From Gemmatimonadota bacterium (GTDB taxonomy: Bacteria > Gemmatimonadota > Gemmatimonadetes > Gemmatimonadales > GWC2-71-9), in the NCBI GenBank assembly GCA_039590195.1, contig JBDHFY010000002.1, positions 4,660 to 68,659 on the forward strand: a DNA stretch of 64,000 bases, read 5' to 3'. The notes under the pieces are model-generated. The model did no database searches, was not told where the DNA came from, and worked only from the letters and a program-made list of their open reading frames with translations. Shown here piece after piece: positions 17,845-26,511 of this stretch; the first letter of the stretch is position 1; every line of letters starts with the position of its first letter. The position numbers were made by a program, and so were the translations under genes.

Positions 17845-19227
17845 ATGAGTCTGTTCGACCCCCAAGATCCCCGACCAATCCACTTCATGGGGATTGCCGG
17901 AGCAGGGATGAGCGCGTTGGCGCTGATTGCCCGACGTCGAGGGGTCGACGTCACTGGATGCGATATCGATTTGCGGAACGCGGCCGATGTGATTCGGGCG
18001 GGCGCCGAAGTGTTCTCGGGACATGACCCGGCACACGTGGCTGAAGCGAGAATGGTGATCCGCAGCTCAGCAGTCGATGAGAATCACCCCGAGCTCGAGG
18101 CGGCATCTGACTTGGGAATCCCCGTTCTGCGTCGCGCTGAGGCGTTGGGCGGGCTCGTGGATGGTGCGCGGGTCGTCGGCGTGTCCGGCACGCACGGGAA
18201 GACCACGGTTACCGCCATGGTCACTGAGGCGCTTGCTGCTGTGGGTCTTCACCCCACTGGCATCGTGGGAGGGCGTGTGGACGCATGGGGTGGCAATGCA
18301 CGCCTCGACGGTGACGAGCTCTTCGTGGTCGAGGCCGACGAATATGACCGCTCGTTCCTTTCGCTGCGCCCGACCGTTGCCGTGGTCAATAACGTCGAGG
18401 CGGATCACCTCGAATGTTATGGGGATCTCACAGCATTGGAGGATGCATTCGTCGAGTTCGCTGGTCGGGCTGAGCATGTGCTGGTCGGGGGCGACGACCG
18501 GGGAGCGATCCAAGTCGCTCAACGATTGAGCGTGCCGGTGTGGCGTGTCGGCACCGGCAAGGACGCCGACATTCGGGTCACCGATGTAGAGCAGACCGGG
18601 AGCGCGACGCGTGCCCGCGTTTCGTTTCCGGATCGTTCACAGGTCGACGTCCGGCTAATTCTGCCCGGCTGGCATAATGTCCGTAACGCGGCGATGACGC
18701 TCGGCGTGGCGCATGTCCTTGGTGTCGATACGAGTTCGGCGGCGGAGGCGCTATCGCAGTTCCGTGGCGTGGAGCGCCGTTTTCAGGTGTTGGGAACGCG
18801 GCGGGGCGTTACCGTAGTGGACGACTACGCACACCACCCCTCGGAGGTCGTGGCAACCCTCGAAGCAGCACGGCAGCGCTTTCCGGGACGACGCCTTGTT
18901 GCCGTGTTCCAGCCCCATCTCTTCACCCGCACGAAACAGCACGGGGAGGCGCTGGGTGAGGCCCTCTCGGCGGCAGACGTGGTGATCGTGACGGACGTCT
19001 ACCCTGCGCGTGAGGAGCCGATTCCCGGCGTGAGCGGTCGGTCCGTTGCCGACGCTGCGGCGCGTGCCGGAGCGCCGGTCGTGGAATGGATTCCGGCCGT
19101 GCAAGACCTCGCTCCCTATCTCATCGCCGTACTCTCCGATGGTGATGCCGTACTCACGCTCGGCGCCGGGGACATCACGGAGGTTGCCACGGATCTTCTG
19201 GATCGCCTGGCGGGTGCCGCGGCGTGA
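17845..19227 (+). CDS. murC: UDP-N-acetylmuramate--L-alanine ligase MurC
   Basis: ATG 17845 gives IHFMGIAGAGMSALA, and GVSGTHGKTT is present. The 17374 start in the track is an over-extension. Confidence 0.9.
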   Translation: MSLFDPQDPRPIHFMGIAGAGMSALALIARRRGVDVTGCDIDLRNAADVIRAGAEVFSGHDPAHVAEARMVIRSSAVDENHPELEAASDLGIPVLRRAEALGGLVDGARVVGVSGTHGKTTVTAMVTEALAAVGLHPTGIVGGRVDAWGGNARLDGDELFVVEADEYDRSFLSLRPTVAVVNNVEADHLECYGDLTALEDAFVEFAGRAEHVLVGGDDRGAIQVAQRLSVPVWRVGTGKDADIRVTDVEQTGSATRARVSFPDRSQVDVRLILPGWHNVRNAAMTLGVAHVLGVDTSSAAEALSQFRGVERRFQVLGTRRGVTVVDDYAHHPSEVVATLEAARQRFPGRRLVAVFQPHLFTRTKQHGEALGEALSAADVVIVTDVYPAREEPIPGVSGRSVADAAARAGAPVVEWIPAVQDLAPYLIAVLSDGDAVLTLGAGDITEVATDLLDRLAGAAA

Positions 19228-19910
19228 AGTGGAACCGGCCGGTACTCGTCCTGCTTGCGGCGGCGGTCGGCGTGTCGCTTGCGGTCCTGGCTTCCCGGCC
19301 GCTCCTGAGACAGCTGGACTTCTTCCGGGTCCGGCAGGTCGAGCTTCTCGGAGTCCGGTACCTCTCTCCAGACGTTTTGCTTGCTGCGCTCGAGTTCGAC
19401 TCCAGTCTGAACGTCTTCGACGATCTCGATGCCGCTGAGGAGCGTGCGCGGTCGCTTTTCGCTGTGGCTGACGCACGATTGGAACGGCGGCTCCCCGGGA
19501 CGTTGCGTGTCATTGTCACCGAGCGGGTTCCGGTGGCCTTCGGGAAGGGGCCGCACGGATTGGTTGCGCTCGACGGCGACGCGAAGCCTCTGCCGTACGA
19601 TCCGGCGCTCAGCGGTCTCGATTTACCCATCGTTGAGCGGACGGACTCCTCGCTCGTGGCCACGCTTGCGATGCTGCGGATGGTGGATTGGGATCTCTAC
19701 CACGCACTGGATGGGGCGCGGTTCGACGGACAACACGGTGTGACACTGGTGCTCGGATCACAGCGACTCATGTTTCGGGGTGTGCCGTCGGTGGACGACA
19801 TTGGGGCCGTGAGCGCCGTTCGGCGCCATCTTATCTCCACGGAAACACCATTCGAAGAACTGGACATGCGATTCGAGGGGTGGGTCACCGTGCGGAGGCC
19901 GCGGGCGTGA
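19224..19910 (+). CDS. ftsQ: Cell division protein FtsQ (POTRA domain)
   Basis: GTGA overlap with murC. It has an N-terminal TM helix followed by a POTRA-like segment (FRVRQVELLGVRYLSPDVLL), and sits in the canonical position before ftsA. Confidence 0.7.
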   Translation: MKWNRPVLVLLAAAVGVSLAVLASRPLLRQLDFFRVRQVELLGVRYLSPDVLLAALEFDSSLNVFDDLDAAEERARSLFAVADARLERRLPGTLRVIVTERVPVAFGKGPHGLVALDGDAKPLPYDPALSGLDLPIVERTDSSLVATLAMLRMVDWDLYHALDGARFDGQHGVTLVLGSQRLMFRGVPSVDDIGAVSAVRRHLISTETPFEELDMRFEGWVTVRRPRA

Positions 19911-21136
19911 AGCGCGAAGGCATCGTCGCCGGACTCGATCTCGGCAGCACCAGAACGTGCGCGGTAGTGGCGGCGGTTACTGGAAACGCGAGACCTCCGG
20001 GCGTGAGAATCCTCGGTGTGGGAGTGGGAAGAGATACTGGAGTACGGGGTGGTGTCGTGCGGGATATCGAGGCGACGACCCAGTCGGTGGTTGAGGCCGT
20101 GCGCGATGCGCAACGCATGGCTGGGGTGCAGATCCCGGCCGTGCACTGTGGTATCGCTGGTGAGCACGTCGAGGTCCGCACGTCGCCCGGTCTGGCGTCG
20201 GTCACGGGCGAAGAGGTCTCGCGTGCGGACGTCGAGCGCGTCGACGAGGTGGCCAAGGCGGTAAGCCTCGGTGGCGACCGGGATCTGTTACACTACATAC
20301 CACAGGAATATCGGGTCGATGCCCAGGGGGGGATCAGCGACCCGGTGGGGATGACGGGGTTGCGGCTCGAGGTGGAGATGTACCTCGTGTCGGTGGAGAG
20401 CGCGGCCGCCCAGAACGTACGAAAGTCCGTCGAGCGGGCGGGGTATCGCGTCGCCCGACTGGTGCTCGACCCGCTGGCCAGCTCCCTGGCGGTGCTCACC
20501 GAGGAAGAGAAGGAACTGGGGTGCGCCCTGGTCGATCTGGGAGGTGGCTCGACAGGGGTGGCGATCTTCCAGGAGGGGAAGATTCGCCATGTCGGCTCGC
20601 TCCAGTTTGCCGGCGGCCACCTCACGAAGGACATCGTACACGGGCTCAGTGTCACGCACGCGGACGCGGAGCGACTCAAGGAGAAGTGGGGGTTGGCCTA
20701 CACGCCCCTCGTCGATCCGGACGAAATGATCGAGCTGCCCAGCACGCCAGGCCAAGGCGTACGGCGGGCAAAACGGGAGTTGCTTGGCCACATTATTCAC
20801 CAGCGACTGGATGAGATATTCGGATTGGTTCAGCAGGAGGTAGAACGGGCGGATTACGCCGGCCACTTGCCGGCCGGTGTGGTCCTGACGGGCGGTGGCG
20901 CCCATTTACCGGGAGTCGTCGAGCTGGCGCGGGAAGTCTTCGCGGCTCCGGCCAGAGCCGGCATCCCGGACCGGGGTCTCACGGGCCTCGTGGACAGTGT
21001 GTCGGCCCCACGTTATGCTGTTCCCGTCGGACTCGTGTTGTACGCGGCGCGTGAGTTCCTGCACGGCGCCAACGGTCGCGGAGGGATGGAAAGGCTCCTC
21101 GGCCCGGTCAAACGCTGGCTGCAAGATTTCTTCTAG
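19907..21136 (+). CDS. ftsA: Cell division protein FtsA
   Basis: GTG 19907 overlaps the ftsQ stop (GTGA). It shows an actin-like fold (IVAGLDLGSTRTCAVV, VDLGGGSTGVAIF, VLTGGGAHLPG). Confidence 0.9.
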   Translation: MKREGIVAGLDLGSTRTCAVVAAVTGNARPPGVRILGVGVGRDTGVRGGVVRDIEATTQSVVEAVRDAQRMAGVQIPAVHCGIAGEHVEVRTSPGLASVTGEEVSRADVERVDEVAKAVSLGGDRDLLHYIPQEYRVDAQGGISDPVGMTGLRLEVEMYLVSVESAAAQNVRKSVERAGYRVARLVLDPLASSLAVLTEEEKELGCALVDLGGGSTGVAIFQEGKIRHVGSLQFAGGHLTKDIVHGLSVTHADAERLKEKWGLAYTPLVDPDEMIELPSTPGQGVRRAKRELLGHIIHQRLDEIFGLVQQEVERADYAGHLPAGVVLTGGGAHLPGVVELAREVFAAPARAGIPDRGLTGLVDSVSAPRYAVPVGLVLYAAREFLHGANGRGGMERLLGPVKRWLQDFF

Positions 21137-21147
21137 AGCCAAAGACA

Positions 21148-22314
21148 ATGACTCGCGAGGGATCCATGGTTTTCGAGCTCGAGGAAGCGGTTTCACAGAA
21201 CGCGCGCATGAAGGTCGTCGGCGTTGGCGGCGGTGGTGGCAACGCGGTCAACCGCATGGTCGACGAGCACTTGATGGGGGTCGAGTTCATTTCGGTGAAT
21301 ACCGACGCCCAAGCGTTGACCAACAACAAGGCCGATGTGAAGGTGCAGATCGGCAAGAAGCTCACTCGGGGGCTTGGTGCGGGAGCGCGGCCCGAGATCG
21401 GCCGCCAGGCCATTGAGGAGAATAAGGACGACGTCCTGCAAGTCCTCGACGGCGCGGATTTGGTATTTGTGACGTGTGGGATGGGTGGTGGCACCGGCAC
21501 CGGTGCGGCGCCGATCATCTCGCAACTCGCGCGCGACGTGGGGGCGCTTTGCGTCGGCATCATCACCAAACCGTTCCTGTTCGAGGGCCGCAAGCGCATG
21601 CATCAAGCCGAAATCGGTATCACGGAGATGCGCAAGCGCGTCGATACGATGATCGTGGTCCCCAACGAACGGCTCCTCGCGGTCGTGGGGAAGAACGTTC
21701 CCTTTCAGGACGCCCTCAAGAAGGCCGACGACGTCCTCCTGCACGCGACCCAGGGCATCTCGACACTGGTGAGCGTGACCGGCCTCGTCAACGTGGACTT
21801 TGCGGACGTGCGCACTGTGATGCAGGACGGTGGGTCAGCGCTGATGGGCATGGGCACCGGCCGCGGCGACGATCGGGCGCTCGAAGCCGCTCAGCAGGCG
21901 ATCACGAGTCCGCTACTCGATGACGTGTCCATCAAGGGCTCCACGGGGGTCCTCGTGAACATCACCGGGGGAGACGATCTCACGCTCGGGGAGGTCAATC
22001 AAATCAGCGAGGTCATCCACGAGGGGGCCGGCGATCAGGCGGAGATCATCTTCGGGGCCGTGAACGACACCGCCATGGAGGGTGAGGTCCGAGTGACGGT
22101 CATTGCCACGGGATTCGACAACGCGTTCCAGGAACAAGATGTGGCCACTCGGCGGCCCGGGACGCGTGGCGTCCTGCAGTTCCCCCAGCATTCGGCGAAA
22201 CCGGTGATACCGGAACCCTTGCCCGGAGGCAACGTCCCGAAACCCCACAGAACGGAGCCCGGTGAGGTTTCCGAAATGGAGATTCCCACGTTCATTCGGC
22301 GGCAGATGGATTGA
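21148..22314 (+). CDS. ftsZ: Cell division GTPase FtsZ
   Basis: KVVGVGGGGGNAVNRM, the tubulin signature GGGTGTGAAP, NTDAQAL, and a C-terminal IPTFIRRQ peptide. Confidence 0.95.
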   Translation: MTREGSMVFELEEAVSQNARMKVVGVGGGGGNAVNRMVDEHLMGVEFISVNTDAQALTNNKADVKVQIGKKLTRGLGAGARPEIGRQAIEENKDDVLQVLDGADLVFVTCGMGGGTGTGAAPIISQLARDVGALCVGIITKPFLFEGRKRMHQAEIGITEMRKRVDTMIVVPNERLLAVVGKNVPFQDALKKADDVLLHATQGISTLVSVTGLVNVDFADVRTVMQDGGSALMGMGTGRGDDRALEAAQQAITSPLLDDVSIKGSTGVLVNITGGDDLTLGEVNQISEVIHEGAGDQAEIIFGAVNDTAMEGEVRVTVIATGFDNAFQEQDVATRRPGTRGVLQFPQHSAKPVIPEPLPGGNVPKPHRTEPGEVSEMEIPTFIRRQMD

Positions 22315-23600
22315 TGGGCCGTGAGCTGAACCAGTTCCAAATCGTTCTCCTCGTTGTCATTGCCGTCGTTGGGGTCTCGCTCACGTGGTCGGCCACAGAG
22401 GCTCGTGGGGGACGCGGCATCCCGGTAGCGCAACCCATCGTCGTGACCACAGCTCACGTGACTCGCTCGGATCGCCTCAAGCGCAACGAGACCCTCACAC
22501 ATCTGTTGGCCCGGCACAGCGTGGACGGTCCAGAACTTCAACGGTTCCTCGAGGCGGCGCGAGAGAAAGGGCTCAACCCGCGTCGGCTCCGCCCGGATAT
22601 GGTGTTCGAGTTCCGATACTCATTGCCGGAGAACACGCCGGACCGTGTGAAGGTGCGACTCGACAGGGATCGGTATCTCAAGCTCGGACGCGAATCCGCG
22701 GGGGGGTGGTGGAGCAAACTGGAGGGCATCACGTGGACGGTCTTCATCGAGCGCGTCGAGGGGACGATCCCGGCTCGTGGATCCCTCGACGGGGCGATTC
22801 ATGCGGCGATCCTGGATTCCGTGCTCCCGTTCGCGGAGCGCCAGCAGCTGATCTGGAATGTCGCCGAAGGCGTGTACGCGTGGGTCATCGATTTCCACCG
22901 GGATCTGCGCCCAGACGATCGCTTCCAGATCCTCTACGAGCGGCTCGTTTCCGATGCGGGCGACGTACACTACGGGCGCCTCTTGGCCGCCAGCATTGAA
23001 ACCGCGGGCCAAGCGAAGATGGCATCCCTGCTCACGGGACAGGGCGGACAAAACCTGTACTACGACGACCAGGGATGGTCGCTGCACCGAGCGTTCCTCG
23101 TCGCCCCCGTGAGATACCGCTACCTCTCGTCCCGATTCGGCAGGCGGTTCCACCCGATCCTTCAGCGGTATCGGGCCCACACGGGATACGACTTCGCGGC
23201 CGATCTCGGGAACCCGATCCAGGCCACGGCAGACGGAGTGATCCAGTCCGCCGGGCGACGGGGAGGATATGGCCTGATGGTGGCAATCCGCCACGTGAAG
23301 AGCATTGAAACGCGCTATGCTCACATGAGCCGGATCGCTCGCGGCATCCGGCCAGGCGTCAGAGTATCTCAGGGAGATATTATCGGCTTCGTGGGGAAGA
23401 GCGGCTTGGCTACCGGTCCCCACGTGCACTACGAGTTCCTCAAGAACGGACGTCAGATCGATTATCGCACCGTGGACTTGGGCGACGGTGAGCCTGTACC
23501 GACGCCGCGCCAAGCGGAATTCGATTCCCTGCGGATCGAGTACGGCCGACTGCTCGAACCCCGTCGCTTTCAGGTCATGGCTCCCCTCGAGTGGGATTGA
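22314..23600 (+). CDS. M23-family peptidoglycan DD-metalloendopeptidase (membrane anchored)
   Basis: HTGYDFAA..G.PI.A.ADG and GLATGPHVHYEF are LytM/M23 metal-binding motifs. An N-terminal TM helix is present. The start abuts the ftsZ stop (TGATG; TTG 22311 is also possible). Confidence 0.8.
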   Translation: MGRELNQFQIVLLVVIAVVGVSLTWSATEARGGRGIPVAQPIVVTTAHVTRSDRLKRNETLTHLLARHSVDGPELQRFLEAAREKGLNPRRLRPDMVFEFRYSLPENTPDRVKVRLDRDRYLKLGRESAGGWWSKLEGITWTVFIERVEGTIPARGSLDGAIHAAILDSVLPFAERQQLIWNVAEGVYAWVIDFHRDLRPDDRFQILYERLVSDAGDVHYGRLLAASIETAGQAKMASLLTGQGGQNLYYDDQGWSLHRAFLVAPVRYRYLSSRFGRRFHPILQRYRAHTGYDFAADLGNPIQATADGVIQSAGRRGGYGLMVAIRHVKSIETRYAHMSRIARGIRPGVRVSQGDIIGFVGKSGLATGPHVHYEFLKNGRQIDYRTVDLGDGEPVPTPRQAEFDSLRIEYGRLLEPRRFQVMAPLEWD

Positions 23601-23611
23601 GACTCGCGAAC

Positions 23612-23629
23612 CGCCAAGCTCTCTTGGCG
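23612..23629 (+). terminator. Hairpin after the dcw/M23 unit (weak terminator candidate)
   Basis: The hairpin is cgccaag-ctct-cttggcg, followed by CTTTC. The stem is short and the T-tract poor. Confidence 0.3.
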
Positions 23630-23764
23630 CTTTCAAGGCCCGCCTTTCAGGTTTTACACTCCACCCTCTAGCTTTCGGGCAATCACCGCATCCGGGTGCC
23701 CGCGCGGCATCCGGGACGGAGCAACGGCCTTGCAGTCCTCCACTCGCCGTAACTGTATGAAACG

Positions 23765-25618
23765 ATGCGCACGGGATCCCACGTGCTCGGTGTGATTCTG
23801 GGGAGTGTTGCCGCCGCTGCCCTCGCGGGCGTCGTCTACTTGGCCCGAGAGCGCCTCGGGGCAGCGGGGCTCGGCATGGCCGCCCTCCGGACGATCGCCT
23901 TCGGAGCGCTGTTGCTCGTGCTCTTCAATCCGGGGAGCGCTCGGAGAGTCGCAGGTGGTCCGGCCACCGTCTTGCTCGACGCCTCGTTGAGCCTCGACGC
24001 CGCCGGTGGCAGGTGGCCGGCCGCGCTGGACACGGCCCGCGCCCTGGCGGGAGATGGCGGGGCCATCCTCCGGTTTGGAGCGCGCGTGGCCCCCTACGAT
24101 AGCTCGCTTCCTACAGAGGGGTCCACTCGCCTCGCTGAGGCGCTGCGGGTGAGTGCGGGATTGAGCCGTGGCGGTGGTCCGGTGATCGTCGTTTCCGATG
24201 GAGAAGTGGAGGACGGTGGCACCGTGCCGCCCAGCCTGTTGGCGGGTGCGGGGATGGTGCTTCTGCCCCGCGATACGGTGCCCGCGGCGGCACTGTTGGA
24301 CGTCGTGGTCTGGGACCGCGTGCTCCGGGACGACACGCTTGCCGCGACCCTCGTCGTCGGCACTTGGGGATCGCTCGACACCGCCAACGCGCTGGTAGAG
24401 ATTCTGCTCGGCGAGAGGAGGATCTTGACCCGCAGCATCTCGCTGCCCCCTTCGCCGGGGACGGCCCGCCGATCGCTCGCCGTCGCGCCGGGCTCCATCC
24501 CGCTGGGCACGCACGTGCTCGATTTCCGCCTCACCGTGCCGGGCGACGCCGAGCCTCGGGACAACCTGCGCCGCCGGGTCGTCACGGTGACGGCGCAGCC
24601 GGCCATTGTCGTCGTCGTGGACCCTGCCGACATCGAAGGGCGGTTTCTCCTGAGCGAGCTTTCGCAAATCGCCGGGACCGGTGTGCGGGGCTACGCTAGG
24701 GTGCAGGCCGGTCAGTGGGTGGACATGCTTACCCAGGGCCTCGTGGATGAGGGTGTCGTCCTGGCCGCGAGGAGAAACGCGGCCTTGGTCATCTTGCGGG
24801 GACCGGGTTCCCAGAACGCCGAGACCAGCACTCCCGTTTGGCACTGGCCGGCCGGGAGCGATCCGACAGCGGAGTTTTTCGATGGCGATTGGTATCCCGC
24901 TGGCGATCTCCCACCGTCTCCCCTTGCCGGCCGGTTGGCCGCTGTGGAGTGGGATTCGCTGCCACCGCTGACGGGCATCGTGCCGGTGATACCGACCGGG
25001 GTCGAGTGGACGGGGTTGACCGGTCGCCTGGCACGGCGGGGTGCCGAGCGGGCGCTCCTCGTGGGCCGGGACTCGAGTCGGCGCCGGCGCCTGACCACCG
25101 CGGGGGCGGGAATGTGGCGTTGGGTGTTGCGCGGGGGGGCGGCGCGCGAAGCCTATCGTGCCCTCGTTGCAGCCGGTACAGACTGGCTCTTGGGGACTGA
25201 CGGGATCAGTCGCGCCGTCCCCATCGTCGCCAATTCGGCTGTGGCGAGAGGCCTCCCGGTCACCTTCCGCTGGACGGGCCCATCCCCGCCGGATTCCCTG
25301 GCCCTGATGATTACCGGGCCAGACTCGACCAGACACCTGACCGTCAGTTTCGATGCTGCGGGCCTGGCCCCGGTGTCGCTGGAACCTGGCGTCTACACGT
25401 GGAGCTTCCCCGAGGTCCGGGCTGCGCAGGGGATCGCGGTGGTTGAAGAGTTCTCGGACGAGTTCCACCCGCGCACCGTGACGCTGGTGGCCGGCGAAGC
25501 CGCTAGCTCTTTTGCGCTCGTCGTACGCCGCGCCCGGGAGAACTGGTGGCTCTTCCTCGTTGCGGCGCTTGCGCTGTTGGGCGAATGGGGTTGGCGACAG
25601 CGGCGCGGATTGCCGTGA
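23765..25618 (+). CDS. Hypothetical membrane protein (N-terminal double TM, large extracytoplasmic region, C-terminal TM anchor)
   Basis: Two N-terminal helices (VLGVILGSVAAAALAGVVYL / LRTIAFGALLLVLFNPG) and a C-terminal helix (WWLFLVAALALLGEWGW) are present. No catalytic motif was recognised. Confidence 0.5.
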   Translation: MRTGSHVLGVILGSVAAAALAGVVYLARERLGAAGLGMAALRTIAFGALLLVLFNPGSARRVAGGPATVLLDASLSLDAAGGRWPAALDTARALAGDGGAILRFGARVAPYDSSLPTEGSTRLAEALRVSAGLSRGGGPVIVVSDGEVEDGGTVPPSLLAGAGMVLLPRDTVPAAALLDVVVWDRVLRDDTLAATLVVGTWGSLDTANALVEILLGERRILTRSISLPPSPGTARRSLAVAPGSIPLGTHVLDFRLTVPGDAEPRDNLRRRVVTVTAQPAIVVVVDPADIEGRFLLSELSQIAGTGVRGYARVQAGQWVDMLTQGLVDEGVVLAARRNAALVILRGPGSQNAETSTPVWHWPAGSDPTAEFFDGDWYPAGDLPPSPLAGRLAAVEWDSLPPLTGIVPVIPTGVEWTGLTGRLARRGAERALLVGRDSSRRRRLTTAGAGMWRWVLRGGAAREAYRALVAAGTDWLLGTDGISRAVPIVANSAVARGLPVTFRWTGPSPPDSLALMITGPDSTRHLTVSFDAAGLAPVSLEPGVYTWSFPEVRAAQGIAVVEEFSDEFHPRTVTLVAGEAASSFALVVRRARENWWLFLVAALALLGEWGWRQRRGLP

Positions 25619-26511
25619 GGCGCGGACTGTGGAACCGGATCAAGACGGTGGCCTTGACCGACGTGGGGGTTCTGGTCAAGGGACTCGATCGCGACGCGCT
25701 GGAGGAGATCGAACGGGTGCTGCTGGAGGCGGATTTTGGGTCGACATCGTTCGATTTGGTGGAAGCGTTGGAGGGAGAACTGCGAAGAGGTGGCCTCACG
25801 ACCGAGGACGCCGTGCGGCGCTGGTTGGTGATGCGCATCGAGGAGATTGTGGGAAACGGGGAACCGCCGGGCCACTTGAATCTGAAAGGAGAGGTGGGTC
25901 CCGCTGTCGTTCTGATGCTCGGCGTGAACGGAGTGGGCAAGACCACGCAGGCTGCCAAACTTGCACACCTACTGCTCGGTCGAGGGAAGACGACTCTCTT
26001 GGCCTGTGCCGACACGTTTCGGGCCGGTGCCGCCACGCAGTTGTCGGTCTGGGCGGAGCGTCTCGGCGTGCCGTGTGTCTCGGGTGAACCGGGCGGCGAT
26101 CCCGCCGCGGTCGCATATGACGCCATCGAATCCGCGACCGCCAAAGCGATCGACGTAGTGATCGTGGATACCGCCGGGCGATTGCACACCCGCGAGGATC
26201 TCATGGGCGAGCTTCGCAAGATTGTGCGTGTGGTCGGCCGTCTCTGCCAGGGCGCTCCCCAGGAAAGCTTCCTGGTGATCGACGGGACGGTAGGGCAGAA
26301 CGCCGTGCAACAGGGAAAGGCGTTCGCCGAGGCCGTTCCGGTGACGGGACTGATCGTCACCAAGTTGGACGGAACCGCCAAGGGGGGAGCGGTGGCATCG
26401 CTTCCCCGAGAGTTCGGGATCCCCATCCGGTTTCTCGGCGTCGGCGAGCGCCTCGAGGACCTCGAAGATTTCGAGCCCCGGCGGTTCGCCGAACGTCTTC
26501 TCGGCGACTGA
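25615..26511 (+). CDS. ftsY: Signal recognition particle receptor FtsY (NG domain only)
   Basis: GTG 25615 overlaps the upstream stop (GTGA). Motifs include GVNGVGKTTQAAKLA, DTAGRLH, TKLDGTAKGG and FLGVGE. Confidence 0.9.
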   Translation: MRRGLWNRIKTVALTDVGVLVKGLDRDALEEIERVLLEADFGSTSFDLVEALEGELRRGGLTTEDAVRRWLVMRIEEIVGNGEPPGHLNLKGEVGPAVVLMLGVNGVGKTTQAAKLAHLLLGRGKTTLLACADTFRAGAATQLSVWAERLGVPCVSGEPGGDPAAVAYDAIESATAKAIDVVIVDTAGRLHTREDLMGELRKIVRVVGRLCQGAPQESFLVIDGTVGQNAVQQGKAFAEAVPVTGLIVTKLDGTAKGGAVASLPREFGIPIRFLGVGERLEDLEDFEPRRFAERLLGD

